Shown: positions 1 to 10,666 of the stretch, one piece after another
Layout: each line of letters opens with the position of its first letter
How positions within the stretch are numbered: position 1 is the stretch's first letter
NCBI GenBank assembly: GCA_964400595.1
Contig: CAYNUT010000005.1
Coordinates: 547-64,546 of the forward strand
Source of the DNA: an uncultured Neobacillus sp.
GTDB lineage: Bacteria; Bacillota; Bacilli; Bacillales; Cytobacillaceae
Direction: 5' to 3'
Length of the DNA: 64,000 nucleotides
The notes under the pieces: generated by a model
The model's database searches: none
The model's input: the letters and a program-made list of their open reading frames with translations, nothing else
Told to the model about the DNA's origin: nothing
Translations under genes and position numbers: made by a program

Positions 1-454
1 CTTTCACAGTCAGCAAAAATTTAATGCTCAATCCAATTAACAGCCCAGGAATTAAAAACAGCATTGGTAAAAAGACAGGTCCAGGGTGAATCGTAAAAAT
101 TGTGATTTTCGGAGAAAGCATTAAACCGACCGTTACAAAATAGGCACCAAAAACAAATGGAAGATAGGAATATTTTTCCTCAGCAGGCATTGCGGACCGA
201 TAACCATCCCAAAGGGAAAACATATAGATGCATGGATAAAACATGAGCCATTGATAATTGATAACCGCCTCCGCATATTCGATTTCACCCAAAAAGCTGA
301 ACATAATCGCCTGATTAAAGCGGCTCTGGACATTCATCAAAAATTCCAGCAGAACAAACAATACCCCTTTAATATATCGGCCCATCAGCAATTGGCTGAA
401 CCCTGGGAAAGCAATATTCCATAAAACAGCTTCCAATTTATCAATTTTTTTCAT
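1..454 (-). CDS. Conserved hypothetical membrane protein (runs off the window edge)
   Basis: Translated by hand from ATG at 454: MKKIDKLEAVLWNIAFPGFSQLLMGRYIKGVLFVLLEF...WLMFYPCIYMFSLWDGY..., open to base 1 with several hydrophobic segments; absent from the ORF track. Confidence 0.75.
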   Translation of the reverse strand, partial: MKKIDKLEAVLWNIAFPGFSQLLMGRYIKGVLFVLLEFLMNVQSRFNQAIMFSFLGEIEYAEAVINYQWLMFYPCIYMFSLWDGYRSAMPAEEKYSYLPFVFGAYFVTVGLMLSPKITIFTIHPGPVFLPMLFLIPGLLIGLSIKFLLTVK

Positions 455-569
455 TGGACAATCCCGCTTTTCTCAGGCATTTTTAGAGCTAAAACTTCAT
501 CTTTTAGCTTATCCAGTCTGATACTAAAAAACGCAGGAACTTCCAGCACTCAAAAAATTATCCCAAATA

Positions 570-2108
570 TCAGTTTTTCTTTAATAGAGTTAAATAGCTT
601 TTAGCAAAACCGAGCCAATTCCTCTTTGTTTTAAAATAACTTTTAAAGAGAGTGAGAAAAAGAGGATACTTATCCTTGTATGGATACCAGTGAATTTCTG
701 TCTTCTTCCTCCCTTTATCTTCAATAATCGATTTTTCATGACAGAATATTTTTAACCCCATTTCCCCATGATACCTGCCCAACCCGCTTTGCTTTGCACC
801 GCCAAAAGGCAGACTGTGATTCGCCACTGTGATTATTGCATCATTAATCACAACTGCACCGGAAACAAGTCTCGATGCTACCCTTCGAGCTTTTTTGATA
901 TCACTTGTCCAGACACTTGCATTAAGTCCATATTCAGTATCATTTGCAAGATTGATAACCTCATCCTCATGATCAAACGGAATAACAGGAAGGATTGGTC
1001 CGAATGATTCTTCCTGAATAAGCTTCATTTCATGGTTCACATTGGTTAGGACCATTAAGGGGAGGAACATTCCAGGTTTCCACTCCCAAGGTGGAACTCC
1101 TGTTTCCAGCACAGCCCCTTTAGTCAAAGCATCATCAAGCTGTTCCTTCACTATTTGAATTTGCCCCGGAAATGTCATCGAACCCACATCATCATTTTCA
1201 TCTGTTCCATGTCGTAATTTAGATATTTCTTTTTTTAATAATAAAAGAAATTTCTCATAAACTTGTCTTTCAACGTAGAGCCTTTCAGCACTCATACATA
1301 CCTGCCCGCTATTTGTAAAAGCGGCCCAAGCAGCCCCCTTTGCCGCTCTTTCAATATGTGCATCTGCAAAAACTATCATCGGATCCTTACCGCCAAGCTC
1401 TAGCGTGCAGGGAATTAAATTTTTGGACGCAGCTTCCTGAATTACTTTTCCCGTCCGTACAGAGCCAGTAAAAAAGATATAATCAGGTTTTCCAGCTGTA
1501 AATGCGGCCCCTACCTCTTTCCCGCCATGGGCAACCTGAATAACCCCTTCAGGAAATCCAGCCTCCCTAAATAAATCCTCCATGCATTTTCCGACAAGCG
1601 GCGTTACTTCCGAAGGTTTTAAAATAATACTATTTCCTGCCGCCAACGCACTCACCACTGGAATCATCGCAAGTTGAAATGGATAATTCCACGGGGAAAT
1701 AACTAGTACAACTCCCCTTGGCATATACTCGACATACGACTTTTTACCGATTAACAGAATCGGTGTCGTCACTTTTTTTCTCTTAAGGATATTTTCCGCG
1801 TGCCTGCATATATGTTCAATTCCATCAAGGGTCGGCATAATATCTGCTATGAGGGCTTCCGGCAAAACTTTCCCCGTATCAGCCGCAATTATTTTAGCCA
1901 CTTCTTCCATCCGCTCGACGATGATTTCCTTTAATCTCCATAAAAACGCAAGCCTTTCGTTCACACTTAGCATACTCCATGCTGTAAAGGCATTTCGCCC
2001 TCTTTGATAGAATTGATCAACTTGACTTATGGGTGTTTGGTCAATTACTCCGATTTGCTCACCCGTTGCAGGGGCAATTGCCTTTAGCTTTTCACGAACT
2101 GCTTCCAT
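570..2108 (-). CDS. Aldehyde dehydrogenase family protein
   Basis: ISPWNYP, LKPSE, FTGS, LELGGKDP, catalytic GQVC, EESFGP and PFGGAKQSG motifs. Confidence 0.95.
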   Translation of the reverse strand: MEAVREKLKAIAPATGEQIGVIDQTPISQVDQFYQRGRNAFTAWSMLSVNERLAFLWRLKEIIVERMEEVAKIIAADTGKVLPEALIADIMPTLDGIEHICRHAENILKRKKVTTPILLIGKKSYVEYMPRGVVLVISPWNYPFQLAMIPVVSALAAGNSIILKPSEVTPLVGKCMEDLFREAGFPEGVIQVAHGGKEVGAAFTAGKPDYIFFTGSVRTGKVIQEAASKNLIPCTLELGGKDPMIVFADAHIERAAKGAAWAAFTNSGQVCMSAERLYVERQVYEKFLLLLKKEISKLRHGTDENDDVGSMTFPGQIQIVKEQLDDALTKGAVLETGVPPWEWKPGMFLPLMVLTNVNHEMKLIQEESFGPILPVIPFDHEDEVINLANDTEYGLNASVWTSDIKKARRVASRLVSGAVVINDAIITVANHSLPFGGAKQSGLGRYHGEMGLKIFCHEKSIIEDKGRKKTEIHWYPYKDKYPLFLTLFKSYFKTKRNWLGFAKSYLTLLKKN

Positions 2109-2123
2109 GTTGTTTGCACCCCC

Positions 2124-3221
2124 TTATAGAATGGTAATGTGATAGCTTGGATTATCCTTTTGTTTTATATAAAATTTAGCCATAGGCTCGATTCCATCCT
2201 TAAAGTCTGGGCAAGTAATCCCCGAATCGTTTAAATCAGCTGCTGCTTGGCTGCAATCAAATCGGCCCATCCAAGTGAAATAATCAAGGGCTTCCTTTTC
2301 AACACCCAGGTATTTTCTCATCGGTTTAATTGAAAGAAACCATCTGCCAAGTGTTAACGGTATCATCCCTTTTGGTCTTTTATTTAGAAGCTCGCCCATC
2401 ATCATTTCGTATAATTCCGATGCCCGGTATGGACGGGGATCCGTTAAATGATAGGTTTTACCGGCTCCCTTTTCGGAGAAAGCCAGGTAAGCCGTTGCCT
2501 GTATGATATAATCAATCGGAACCAGGTTCACATATGCTTCACCTTTTCCCAATCGCGGAATAATCGGCAAAAACCTCAGCCTTTCCAAAAAGTTCATGAT
2601 AAAATATGGGCCGTCAAACTTAATTGTTTCACCCGTATGAGAATGGCCTTTGACAATTCCAGGCCGGATAATGGTGACTGGAACATCCTTTTTTATTTTT
2701 TCCACCAAAACCTCTGCTTCATATTTTGTTTCTTCATAATGATTTTTAAAGCTCTCCGGTCTGATCAGCTCTGTCTCATATAGAATGCCTTCCCTTTTTC
2801 CGACTACATATGCGGTACTGAAATAAATATAACGCTGTAAATTCGGAAGGCCTTTTACCCAATCATTGACATTATTGGTCCCGTTAACATTTACTTTATA
2901 CGCAATATCACGTGGCACAGCCAAATCGTAAATGGCGGCAAGATGAAATACATGGGTTATTATCTCCTTGACACTTTCCTGTTCACCTGATTTGGACAGC
3001 AATCCCTGTTTAGTAATATCCCCCTCGATTATTGTAAAGGAGGACTCCCCCAATCCAAGTTCAGAAAGAATGGCTCGTCGTTCTTTTTCCGCTTTTTCAA
3101 CCATACCTGGGAGGACAAGAACAAATACCTTCCCTGTAAAATTATTTTTTTCCCATACTTCCCGAATTAATTGATTGCAAATAAAACCCGGAAAGCCCGT
3201 GAAAAAATACCCTTTCTCCAT
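2124..3221 (-). CDS. Extended SDR / thioester-reductase-like NAD(P)-dependent oxidoreductase
   Basis: TGFPGFI, HLAA, STAYV, YEETK, IRPGIV motifs; 15 bp upstream of the ALDH gene. Confidence 0.85.
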   Translation of the reverse strand: MEKGYFFTGFPGFICNQLIREVWEKNNFTGKVFVLVLPGMVEKAEKERRAILSELGLGESSFTIIEGDITKQGLLSKSGEQESVKEIITHVFHLAAIYDLAVPRDIAYKVNVNGTNNVNDWVKGLPNLQRYIYFSTAYVVGKREGILYETELIRPESFKNHYEETKYEAEVLVEKIKKDVPVTIIRPGIVKGHSHTGETIKFDGPYFIMNFLERLRFLPIIPRLGKGEAYVNLVPIDYIIQATAYLAFSEKGAGKTYHLTDPRPYRASELYEMMMGELLNKRPKGMIPLTLGRWFLSIKPMRKYLGVEKEALDYFTWMGRFDCSQAAADLNDSGITCPDFKDGIEPMAKFYIKQKDNPSYHITIL

Positions 3222-3362
3222 TTCATCTCCTCCTTATTTTTACGCTTAGCATGATTGTAATTATTGTAATTTCTGGTAAAAAGATTCGTCCATAGGTAAT
3301 TAGTCTGAATTTTCTGCATTATTTCAAAATAAAAATAGCGGGAATTCATCCCGCCATATACA

Positions 3363-4946
3363 TTATTCGTGTTGATCCATTGGATTATAAAGCTTAACTG
3401 ATGGATTTTTCTCTTGGAACCATCGGAGAGCAAAGTCGTTTTCAAATAAGAAAACATAATGGTCATAACGGTCTTTTACTAAAAGACTTCTGGAACTGGA
3501 TAGGTTCTCATCCACGGCTTCGCCCTCTACCCAGCGGGCAATTTTTGATCCCATTCTTTCCATTAAAACTTCAGCATTGTATTCGTTTTTCATCCGATGC
3601 TCAAATACTTCAAATTGCAGCTGACCCACGGCCCCCAATAAATAATCATCCGTTTTCACCGTTTTAAAGAGCTGAATGGCACCTTCCTGAACGAGCTGCT
3701 GAATACCTTTGTAAAAGGATTTTTGCTTCATAACATTTTTCGCGGAAACCCTGACATACAATTCCGGAGTAAACTGCGGCAGTCTTTCATATTGGAAGTT
3801 ATCCTTGCCGCTCGTCAGAGTATCTCCAATTTGGTACGTGCCTGTATCATATAAACCGATGATATCACCGCTTACAGCCTCATCCACCGTACTGCGTTCT
3901 TCTGCCATGAAAGAAGTGGACTGAGAAAGCTTCAATTGTTTACCTAACCGCGGAATATTGACCGTCATTCCCCGTTCGAATTTACCTGAACAAATTCTCA
4001 CAAAAGCGATTCTGTCACGGTGTGCTGGATTCATATTCGCTTGAATTTTAAAGACAAAGCCAGAAAACCGTTCATTCAGAGGATCAATCTCACCAATAGA
4101 AGATTGACGCTCTTTCGGTGGCGGAGCAAACTGAAGATACGTTTCCAAAAATGTTTGCACGCCAAAGTTTGTCAGTGCGCTGCCGAAGAATACCGGGGTC
4201 AAAGTCCCTGCCGTCACTTTATCCGCTGAAAACTCATTTCCTGCCTCATTTAGCAGCATAATTTCATCCATTGTTTGGCTGTAGAGTCCGGAAGATGTTA
4301 ACGGATGATTAGGCGCAATCTCTCCTTCATCATTTAACTGGATAAAACGTACATCCTCATCCACGCGGAACTGCTCCACTCGATTGTAATACCGGTCGTA
4401 TATCCCAAGAAATTCTTTTCCCATGCCAATCGGCCAGTTCATCGGGTACGATTCAATTCCTAGAACTTCTTCCAATTCCGCTAACAGTTCTAGCGGCGGT
4501 TTCCCTTGGCGGTCAAGTTTATTCATAAAGGTGAAAATAGGAATCCCCCGCATCCGGCATACTTTAAAGAGCTTTAGTGTCTGCTCTTCAATCCCCTTGG
4601 CAGAATCGATAATCATCACGGCACTGTCAACCGCCATCAAAGTTCGATACGTATCCTCACTAAAATCCTGGTGCCCGGGGGTATCCAAAATATTGACACG
4701 CTTGCCATCATAGTCAAATTGCATCACACTGGATGTGACCGAAATCCCCCGCTGTTTTTCTATTTCCATCCAGTCACTGGTAGCAAATTTCCCTGTCTTT
4801 TTGGCTTTTACAGTTCCGGCATCACGAATGGCACCCCCGAATAATAGCAATTTTTCCGTCAATGTTGTCTTACCGGCATCCGGGTGGGAAATAATCGCAA
4901 ATGTCCGTCGCGATAATACGTCTTTTTTAAAATCGTTACCCATCAT
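3363..4946 (-). CDS. prfC: Peptide chain release factor 3
   Basis: [32 protein letters not shown]; start moved to the ATG after GAGAGGAAG. Confidence 0.97.
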   Translation of the reverse strand: MMGNDFKKDVLSRRTFAIISHPDAGKTTLTEKLLLFGGAIRDAGTVKAKKTGKFATSDWMEIEKQRGISVTSSVMQFDYDGKRVNILDTPGHQDFSEDTYRTLMAVDSAVMIIDSAKGIEEQTLKLFKVCRMRGIPIFTFMNKLDRQGKPPLELLAELEEVLGIESYPMNWPIGMGKEFLGIYDRYYNRVEQFRVDEDVRFIQLNDEGEIAPNHPLTSSGLYSQTMDEIMLLNEAGNEFSADKVTAGTLTPVFFGSALTNFGVQTFLETYLQFAPPPKERQSSIGEIDPLNERFSGFVFKIQANMNPAHRDRIAFVRICSGKFERGMTVNIPRLGKQLKLSQSTSFMAEERSTVDEAVSGDIIGLYDTGTYQIGDTLTSGKDNFQYERLPQFTPELYVRVSAKNVMKQKSFYKGIQQLVQEGAIQLFKTVKTDDYLLGAVGQLQFEVFEHRMKNEYNAEVLMERMGSKIARWVEGEAVDENLSSSRSLLVKDRYDHYVFLFENDFALRWFQEKNPSVKLYNPMDQHE

Positions 4947-5119
4947 GTCTTCCTCTCTTTTGACAATATAAATTTTGTCCATAACTTCAATCTTATCTTG
5001 GAAACGAAAACTTTGCAATATTTCAATGAATCGACATCGATTCTTTCTTTTATCCATCCAGCTAAAAGAATATAATAATAAATACGCATATATTATTAAT
5101 CATTTACCCGGGAGGAAAT

Positions 5120-5380
5120 ATGGATATTTCTAAGATTGACAAGCAGACATTGGATTTGATGGAGAAAGCTTTTTCAACGGTTTTAAATCAAAATAAAGTG
5201 CGATACAAAAAAATTGCCATTGCTGAAGAAAAAGACCAATTCGTTTTTTTATATGAAGGAAAAGATGAAAAAGTTCATATTTTTCGCTGGAGCAAAGCAT
5301 CCAGTCAAGGGGTCAGCATCGGTGTACTTGCACAAAGTGTTCTAATGCCCATCATCCCTCATCTTCGATTGTTATCGTAA
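5120..5380 (+). CDS. Hypothetical protein (86 aa)
   Basis: GGAGG RBS directly upstream; fills the gap between prfC and the FtsH-like gene. Confidence 0.7.
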   Translation: MDISKIDKQTLDLMEKAFSTVLNQNKVRYKKIAIAEEKDQFVFLYEGKDEKVHIFRWSKASSQGVSIGVLAQSVLMPIIPHLRLLS

Positions 5381-5506
5381 ATTTTCCAGACACACATACC
5401 TATTTATAGATTGTGTGTTTTTTTATGAACTTCAATTCTTCCACCGATTCCCATAACCATTTTTCTGGAAGCTCCTTTATAATAGAATAGGACTCTGTTA
5501 AAGGAG

Positions 5507-7252
5507 ATGAAAACATTGAATAAAATCAAAAAGAAACTGTCTAAGCTTATTCCGCTCTCTGCTGCGCTAATAATAATACTTTCAGGCATTATTTATTTTG
5601 TTCAAACAACAATTAATGAAGAAGCCATCCCGTTCACAAATGTTGATAAGCTGATAAAAGATCAACACGGGAAAACAGTCATTCTCACCGAACAATCTGA
5701 TGGAACCATTTATATCGAAGCAGGCAGCACGGAGTATGTCTCCCATGTGCCTCCAAACAGTCAAATGGTTGATAAACTGATAGAAAAATATAATATTGAT
5801 TACACATATACGACAAGCAGCCGCTTTGGAAAATGGATCATGGGCGGAGCCATTCTGCTGGCAGCTGGTGGGGCATTTGCTCTTCATAAATCCAAGAGAG
5901 GCATCAGACTTAACGGCTCCATGAAAAATAGCGTCGCGAAACCCCGTCCCCTTCCTTCCATCAATTTAAATGATGTCGGCGGGCTTGGGGATGAAATGAA
6001 AGAGGAAATCCTGCAGACACTTTCAACCCTAAAAGAGCCGGAACGTGCCATTAAATTAGGCATAGAACCGCCAAAAGGAATTTTGTTATACGGGCCTCCG
6101 GGAACTGGTAAAACTCTGCTTGCGCAGGCTATTGCCCGCGAATTAAATGCTTCATTCTTTTCAGCAAGCGGTTCTTCATTTAACGAAATGTTTATTGGTG
6201 TCGGTGCCAGCCGTGTCCGTTCTCTGTTTCAGTCGGCAAGAAAACAGCGTCCAGCCGTCATTTTCATCGATGAGGTCGACGCCCTGGCCGGCAGAAGAAA
6301 AGCACACGGAGGCGAGGAAGCGGAAAAAACTTTAACCGAACTTCTCGTCCAGCTTGATGGCGGCCATTCCAATGATGGCATCTTATTTATTGCGGCTACA
6401 AACAGAAGAGATATGCTGGATGAAGCCTTTTTGCGACCTGGAAGAATTGATTTCTCCTTCCATGTTCCGCTTCCAGATACGAAAGGAAGAAGAGAAATCA
6501 TTGATATACACTGTAAGGGGAAGGCACTTTCGGAGGAAGTTCTCACTTACTTGGATGATTTAGCGGAAAGCACATCCGGCTTCTCTGGAGCTGAACTGCA
6601 TTCCCTATTCGAAACAGCAAGCAGACGAGCTGTTAGAAACGGTCATGATCAGATACTAAAACAGGACCTTGACTATGCCCTTGATCGAACTATTTTGGGA
6701 AGCACTTCCCGTTCCTTACAGGATCATGATACAAAACGAAGAGTTGCCATCCATGAAGCAGGACATGCTATTGTTGCATCCCTTACCAAACCCGGTTCTG
6801 TCCGGAAAGCCACAATTATTCCCCGGGGAGAAGCTTTAGGATATGTAGCACCAATTCCAAAAGAGCTGCATTTATCGACGGCCACTGACCTCCTTGACCG
6901 TGTGGCAATGATCTTAGCCGGCGGTGTGGCTGAGCGAATGGTTCTTGGTGAACACAGCATCGGTGTTAGCGGTGATGTGCAGCAAGCAAAACAAATTATT
7001 GAACAAATGGTTGAAATCGGTATGCTGCAGGACGGCTTTACTTTAACCTTTAGTAAGCAGAAAAAAGAAGTAAAAATGCAGGAGCTATTTGAAAAAGGCC
7101 TTGAAAAGGCTGAAAGCTTAATCAACACTTATCAATATCAGTATCAGCAATTAGTTGATGCTTTATTAAGGAAAGAAACATTAGAAGGTTCAGAAGTGGA
7201 AGAAATAGTTAGGAATAAATCCCAAGAAGACACCGATTTAATCATTTTTTAA
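5507..7252 (+). CDS. FtsH-like membrane AAA+ ATPase / M41 zinc protease
   Basis: Two N-terminal TM segments, GPPGTGKT, IFIDEVD, RPGRID, HEAGH. Confidence 0.92.
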   Translation: MKTLNKIKKKLSKLIPLSAALIIILSGIIYFVQTTINEEAIPFTNVDKLIKDQHGKTVILTEQSDGTIYIEAGSTEYVSHVPPNSQMVDKLIEKYNIDYTYTTSSRFGKWIMGGAILLAAGGAFALHKSKRGIRLNGSMKNSVAKPRPLPSINLNDVGGLGDEMKEEILQTLSTLKEPERAIKLGIEPPKGILLYGPPGTGKTLLAQAIARELNASFFSASGSSFNEMFIGVGASRVRSLFQSARKQRPAVIFIDEVDALAGRRKAHGGEEAEKTLTELLVQLDGGHSNDGILFIAATNRRDMLDEAFLRPGRIDFSFHVPLPDTKGRREIIDIHCKGKALSEEVLTYLDDLAESTSGFSGAELHSLFETASRRAVRNGHDQILKQDLDYALDRTILGSTSRSLQDHDTKRRVAIHEAGHAIVASLTKPGSVRKATIIPRGEALGYVAPIPKELHLSTATDLLDRVAMILAGGVAERMVLGEHSIGVSGDVQQAKQIIEQMVEIGMLQDGFTLTFSKQKKEVKMQELFEKGLEKAESLINTYQYQYQQLVDALLRKETLEGSEVEEIVRNKSQEDTDLIIF

Positions 7253-7254
7253 GG

Positions 7255-7290
7255 AAAAAACAGGTGCAGTAATGAGCACCTGTTTTTCTT
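7255..7290 (+). terminator. Rho-independent terminator
   Basis: AAAACAGGTGC...GCACCTGTTTTT hairpin immediately after the stop codon. Confidence 0.8.
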
Positions 7291-7356
7291 TGGATAATTG
7301 GAAATATATTTTGGTGGTACACTAATATTGGATTCCACGTAAAAGGAAGTGAAAAG

Positions 7357-7767
7357 GTGTTCGGAAAAAATACAATTTTGGAAAAAGAGCAGGTTAGATA
7401 CAATGACGAGGCAAATGATTACATCAATAATCCGCAAAAGACAGAAGGTTTATTAAATAAGGCCATTAAAAAGGCGGGTGAAAAAAAAGGAAATTTAGGA
7501 GAAGCGTGGAATAAGCTGCAGCTTTTTATTGAATTAGTGAAAGCTTACACAAAGGGGGAATATAATAATGTCTCTAGAGCCACGATTATTACTGTAATTG
7601 GATCCATTCTTTATTTTGTTTCTCCGCTTGATTTAATACCTGATTTCATCTTTGGTCTCGGGATTGTGGATGATGCGGCCGTCATTGGCTTCACCCTAAA
7701 AAAAATTTCAGGAGAATTGGATGAATTTAAGAAATGGAAGCAATCAAGGCAAAACCCGCTTGATTAA
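7357..7767 (+). CDS. YkvA/DUF1232 family membrane protein
   Basis: LYFVSPLDLIPDFIFGLGIVDD signature. Confidence 0.88.
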   Translation: MFGKNTILEKEQVRYNDEANDYINNPQKTEGLLNKAIKKAGEKKGNLGEAWNKLQLFIELVKAYTKGEYNNVSRATIITVIGSILYFVSPLDLIPDFIFGLGIVDDAAVIGFTLKKISGELDEFKKWKQSRQNPLD

Positions 7768-7795
7768 TCAAGCGGGCTTACTTCCCCTTTTTTTA

Positions 7796-7930
7796 TTACC
7801 ATCTAAAACATGCTGCACCGACAATGATCAACAGGATAAATAAGACAACGATTAAAGCGAATCCCCCGCCAAAACCGAAACCACCGTAACCACAGCCATA
7901 GCCGCAGCCGCCATAACCATATCCATACAT
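7796..7930 (-). CDS. YjcZ-family small sporulation membrane peptide (44 aa)
   Basis: [55 protein letters not shown]. Confidence 0.9.
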   Translation of the reverse strand: MYGYGYGGCGYGCGYGGFGFGGGFALIVVLFILLIIVGAACFRW

Positions 7931-7952
7931 ATTTATTACCTCCTTTTTTATA

Positions 7953-8057
7953 TTAATAAAAGCCGCAGCCCCAAGAAGCTCCGATAATGATTAACAATAT
8001 GAATAAAACGACAAGCAGAGCAAATCCGCCACCATAGCCCCCGGCTACACCAGACAT
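7953..8057 (-). CDS. YjcZ-family small sporulation membrane peptide (34 aa)
   Basis: [45 protein letters not shown]. Confidence 0.9.
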   Translation of the reverse strand: MSGVAGGYGGGFALLVVLFILLIIIGASWGCGFY

Positions 8058-8280
8058 TTACATTACCTCCTTTTTTGAATTCCATATATCCTATTCACCC
8101 AGATAAAAATGTGCAATAGACATATATCCCTATTGCCCAGATTTCAAAAAAAAGGAAAAGCCCAACTTTGAACTGACATGTACCTTATAATTTAGGGGTT
8201 ATCCAATTTTGAAAATCATTTCTCATACTATTTGACAAAAGAGCTTGATTTTCTTTACCATGGTCACATGATAAATTGAA

Positions 8281-9105
8281 ATGGAGCCAATAAACTTGAG
8301 AAACATATTGACGATTATCCTTTTGATATTTACTGTTTCTTATCGATTATTAACTAAGCTTGTGTGGAGGCCTTTAAGCCCCGTTCCGCTAAAAATTGGG
8401 CATCGGGGTGCTGCAGGATATTGTCCGGAAAATACGTTTGTCTCTTTTCGGCAAGCTTTACAATTAGGTGTTGATTTTCTTGAAGTAGATATCCAGATGA
8501 CCAAAGATGGGGAATTAGTCATTATCCATGATGCAACTGTCAATCGGACAACAAACGGGAAAGGAAAAGTAAAAGACCTGACTTTAAAGGAAATACAGGC
8601 ACTCGATGCCGGCAGCTGGTTTCATCCGAAATTTGCTGGAGAAAAAGTTCCCGACTTTAGTGAATTTCTTGATGAATTTGCCGAAAAAACCGGATTATTA
8701 ATCGAGTTAAAAAACCCTTCTCAATATCCGAAGATTGAAGAAAAAGTAGCTGAGGAGCTTAAAAAGAGGGGGCTCTCCTCCGGGGAAAAGGCCAAAATTA
8801 TTGTCCAATCCTTTGATCGGAACTCGATGATCCATTTCCATCAACTGCTTCCTGCCATCCCTATTGGAGTTTTGGTTAAAAATAGACCAATTAATGGAAT
8901 CCCCAATAAGGACTTATATTCATTTTCTAGCTTTGCAACTTATGTAAATCCTAAGATTACCATGGTCAATCGTCGGCTGTTAAGACGCATTCACCGTCAT
9001 GGATTTAAAACCATTATTTGGACGGTAAAAAAGAAGAAGGACGCCAAGCGTTTAAAGCACCTGCAAATTAATGGAATAGTTAGTGATTATCCTGATTTTC
9101 TCTAA
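8281..9105 (+). CDS. Glycerophosphodiester phosphodiesterase
   Basis: IGHRGAAGYCPENT, EVDIQMTKDG, IHD, IELK, SDYPD. Confidence 0.93.
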   Translation: MEPINLRNILTIILLIFTVSYRLLTKLVWRPLSPVPLKIGHRGAAGYCPENTFVSFRQALQLGVDFLEVDIQMTKDGELVIIHDATVNRTTNGKGKVKDLTLKEIQALDAGSWFHPKFAGEKVPDFSEFLDEFAEKTGLLIELKNPSQYPKIEEKVAEELKKRGLSSGEKAKIIVQSFDRNSMIHFHQLLPAIPIGVLVKNRPINGIPNKDLYSFSSFATYVNPKITMVNRRLLRRIHRHGFKTIIWTVKKKKDAKRLKHLQINGIVSDYPDFL

Positions 9106-9213
9106 AAAAATATGCTGGAAGCGGAGATTACCTGCCTCACCACTTCCAGTTTTTTTATTCCTCTTTTCTCAGCAAACCATTTCTCCCGTTCCCTGACCTT
9201 CTTAAATACACTT

Positions 9214-10398
9214 TCACTTGATTATACCCATTCGAATAGCCTTTACCGCTACCTCAGTCCTATTTTGCGCATTCAGCCGTTTCATGATATTGGAAATATA
9301 ATCTCTGACGGTAAATTCACTTAAATAAAGCTTCATTGCCGCCTCGGCTGTGGAAGCACCATCAGCCAATAGCTTAATAATCTCTGTTTCTCTTGTCGAT
9401 AAAGTTATCACATTTTCTTCTATTCTTTCCGCTTCTTTCACATCTGCCTTAATAAACTTTAGCAGTAACTCTCCCGAGCTTTGACCAAATTTCATTAAAG
9501 CTGGATAAAGACTTGTATCCACGGTAAAATGCTTACCCGGACCTTGATCCAAAACGACACCGCCAATAATCTTTCCTTCCTCCGGCACATAAATAGGAAC
9601 AATTATTAATGAAGAAAGGTCAAACTTATTCACATATTTTTCCGGAAGATCATTTTCTGCAAACGGTATATAAATGGGCTGAAAATTTTTCATTTCATGA
9701 CCCTGCGACTTTAATTTAACAATACTTTCATTTAAAACAGGGATATTAGTGATTTTCTCAGCAATCATCTGAATTTCCTGTGTATTTAAATGGTGGCCAT
9801 ACAAACCGACGCCTACACTTTCTTTATTCGTAAATTTAAACAGGGCACACCGTTCAAACGGCAGGAAATAGCCAAATCCAAAACATATATTTTCAATAGA
9901 TTCTCGAAAATTTTGTGAGCGGATAATCCATTCATTAAATAAAATGACAGCATCCTTCCAGGCACTATAGGATTCTTTTTTATCGGAATGAAAAAGCATA
10001 ACCTCGCTGACTTTCGAAAATAAGTAATGGACAGATGGGTGTAGCTTTGAGGAATATTTAATCCTTGATTTCAAAACTTTGTGAGCCGAGTTTTCCAGCA
10101 AATTCAAATGAAAAATCAATGATTCCGGATCAGGGCGACGGTTAAAATAGGCATACCATTCGTCTTGAATTTCATTTAACATCTTATAAAAATCCGCTCC
10201 GTCTTCGTTTACGGAATAAAAAAAACGGTCAAAAAACTCACTGATAAATTCAAACACCGCTACTGACTTCTTTTTTGTATTTTTTAAAGATTGGAGTGTT
10301 AACTTCCATTCTTGTAAAAGCTCCGTTTGATATTTACTTAGCAGTTTTATTGCATCGTTTAAAAGATTGTCCAAATGATTATGTAATGATTTCGACAA
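9214..10398 (-). CDS. LuxR-family transcriptional regulator with GAF-like sensor domain
   Basis: C-terminal LSTRETEIIKLLADG...LYLSEFTVRDYISNIMKRL HTH; central SLIIVPIY...GGVVLD GAF-like strand; TTG start inferred after AAAGGAG. Confidence 0.85.
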   Translation of the reverse strand: MSKSLHNHLDNLLNDAIKLLSKYQTELLQEWKLTLQSLKNTKKKSVAVFEFISEFFDRFFYSVNEDGADFYKMLNEIQDEWYAYFNRRPDPESLIFHLNLLENSAHKVLKSRIKYSSKLHPSVHYLFSKVSEVMLFHSDKKESYSAWKDAVILFNEWIIRSQNFRESIENICFGFGYFLPFERCALFKFTNKESVGVGLYGHHLNTQEIQMIAEKITNIPVLNESIVKLKSQGHEMKNFQPIYIPFAENDLPEKYVNKFDLSSLIIVPIYVPEEGKIIGGVVLDQGPGKHFTVDTSLYPALMKFGQSSGELLLKFIKADVKEAERIEENVITLSTRETEIIKLLADGASTAEAAMKLYLSEFTVRDYISNIMKRLNAQNRTEVAVKAIRMGIIK

Positions 10399-10549
10399 TC
10401 CTGACCACACTCCTTTCAGGCTACCCAAGATGTGATGTCATATACAAAATTTCTAGTTATTTCTATTTATTATAATTCATCTTCCTCCCCCATAATTCCT
10501 GCCTGCATCACTAATTTTGGCGAAAATTGTCTTTTCATAGGAGAAACTA

Positions 10550-10563
10550 CCTACAAATGTAGG
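10550..10563. promoter_or_regulatory. Palindrome CCTACA-AA-TGTAGG, candidate operator
   Basis: Perfect 6-bp arms in the divergent intergenic region between the LuxR regulator and the envelope operon. Confidence 0.45.
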
Positions 10564-10606
10564 GATTAACGAATTGCCTAATTTATCATAAAATTGTGAC
10601 GAAATG

Positions 10607-10620
10607 TGTAAACGTTTACC
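10607..10620. promoter_or_regulatory. cre-like (CcpA) site
   Basis: TGTAAACGTTTACC versus consensus TGWNANCGNTNWCA, one mismatch. Confidence 0.5.
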
Positions 10621-10666
10621 AAAGTTGTTAAATGTTTGCGCAAAAATAAAAAAGGGAGGAAGGAGT

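Noticed and set aside
133..333. 66-aa ORF in the track
   Set aside because: Out-of-frame shadow of the membrane-protein gene that starts at 454 and runs off the edge
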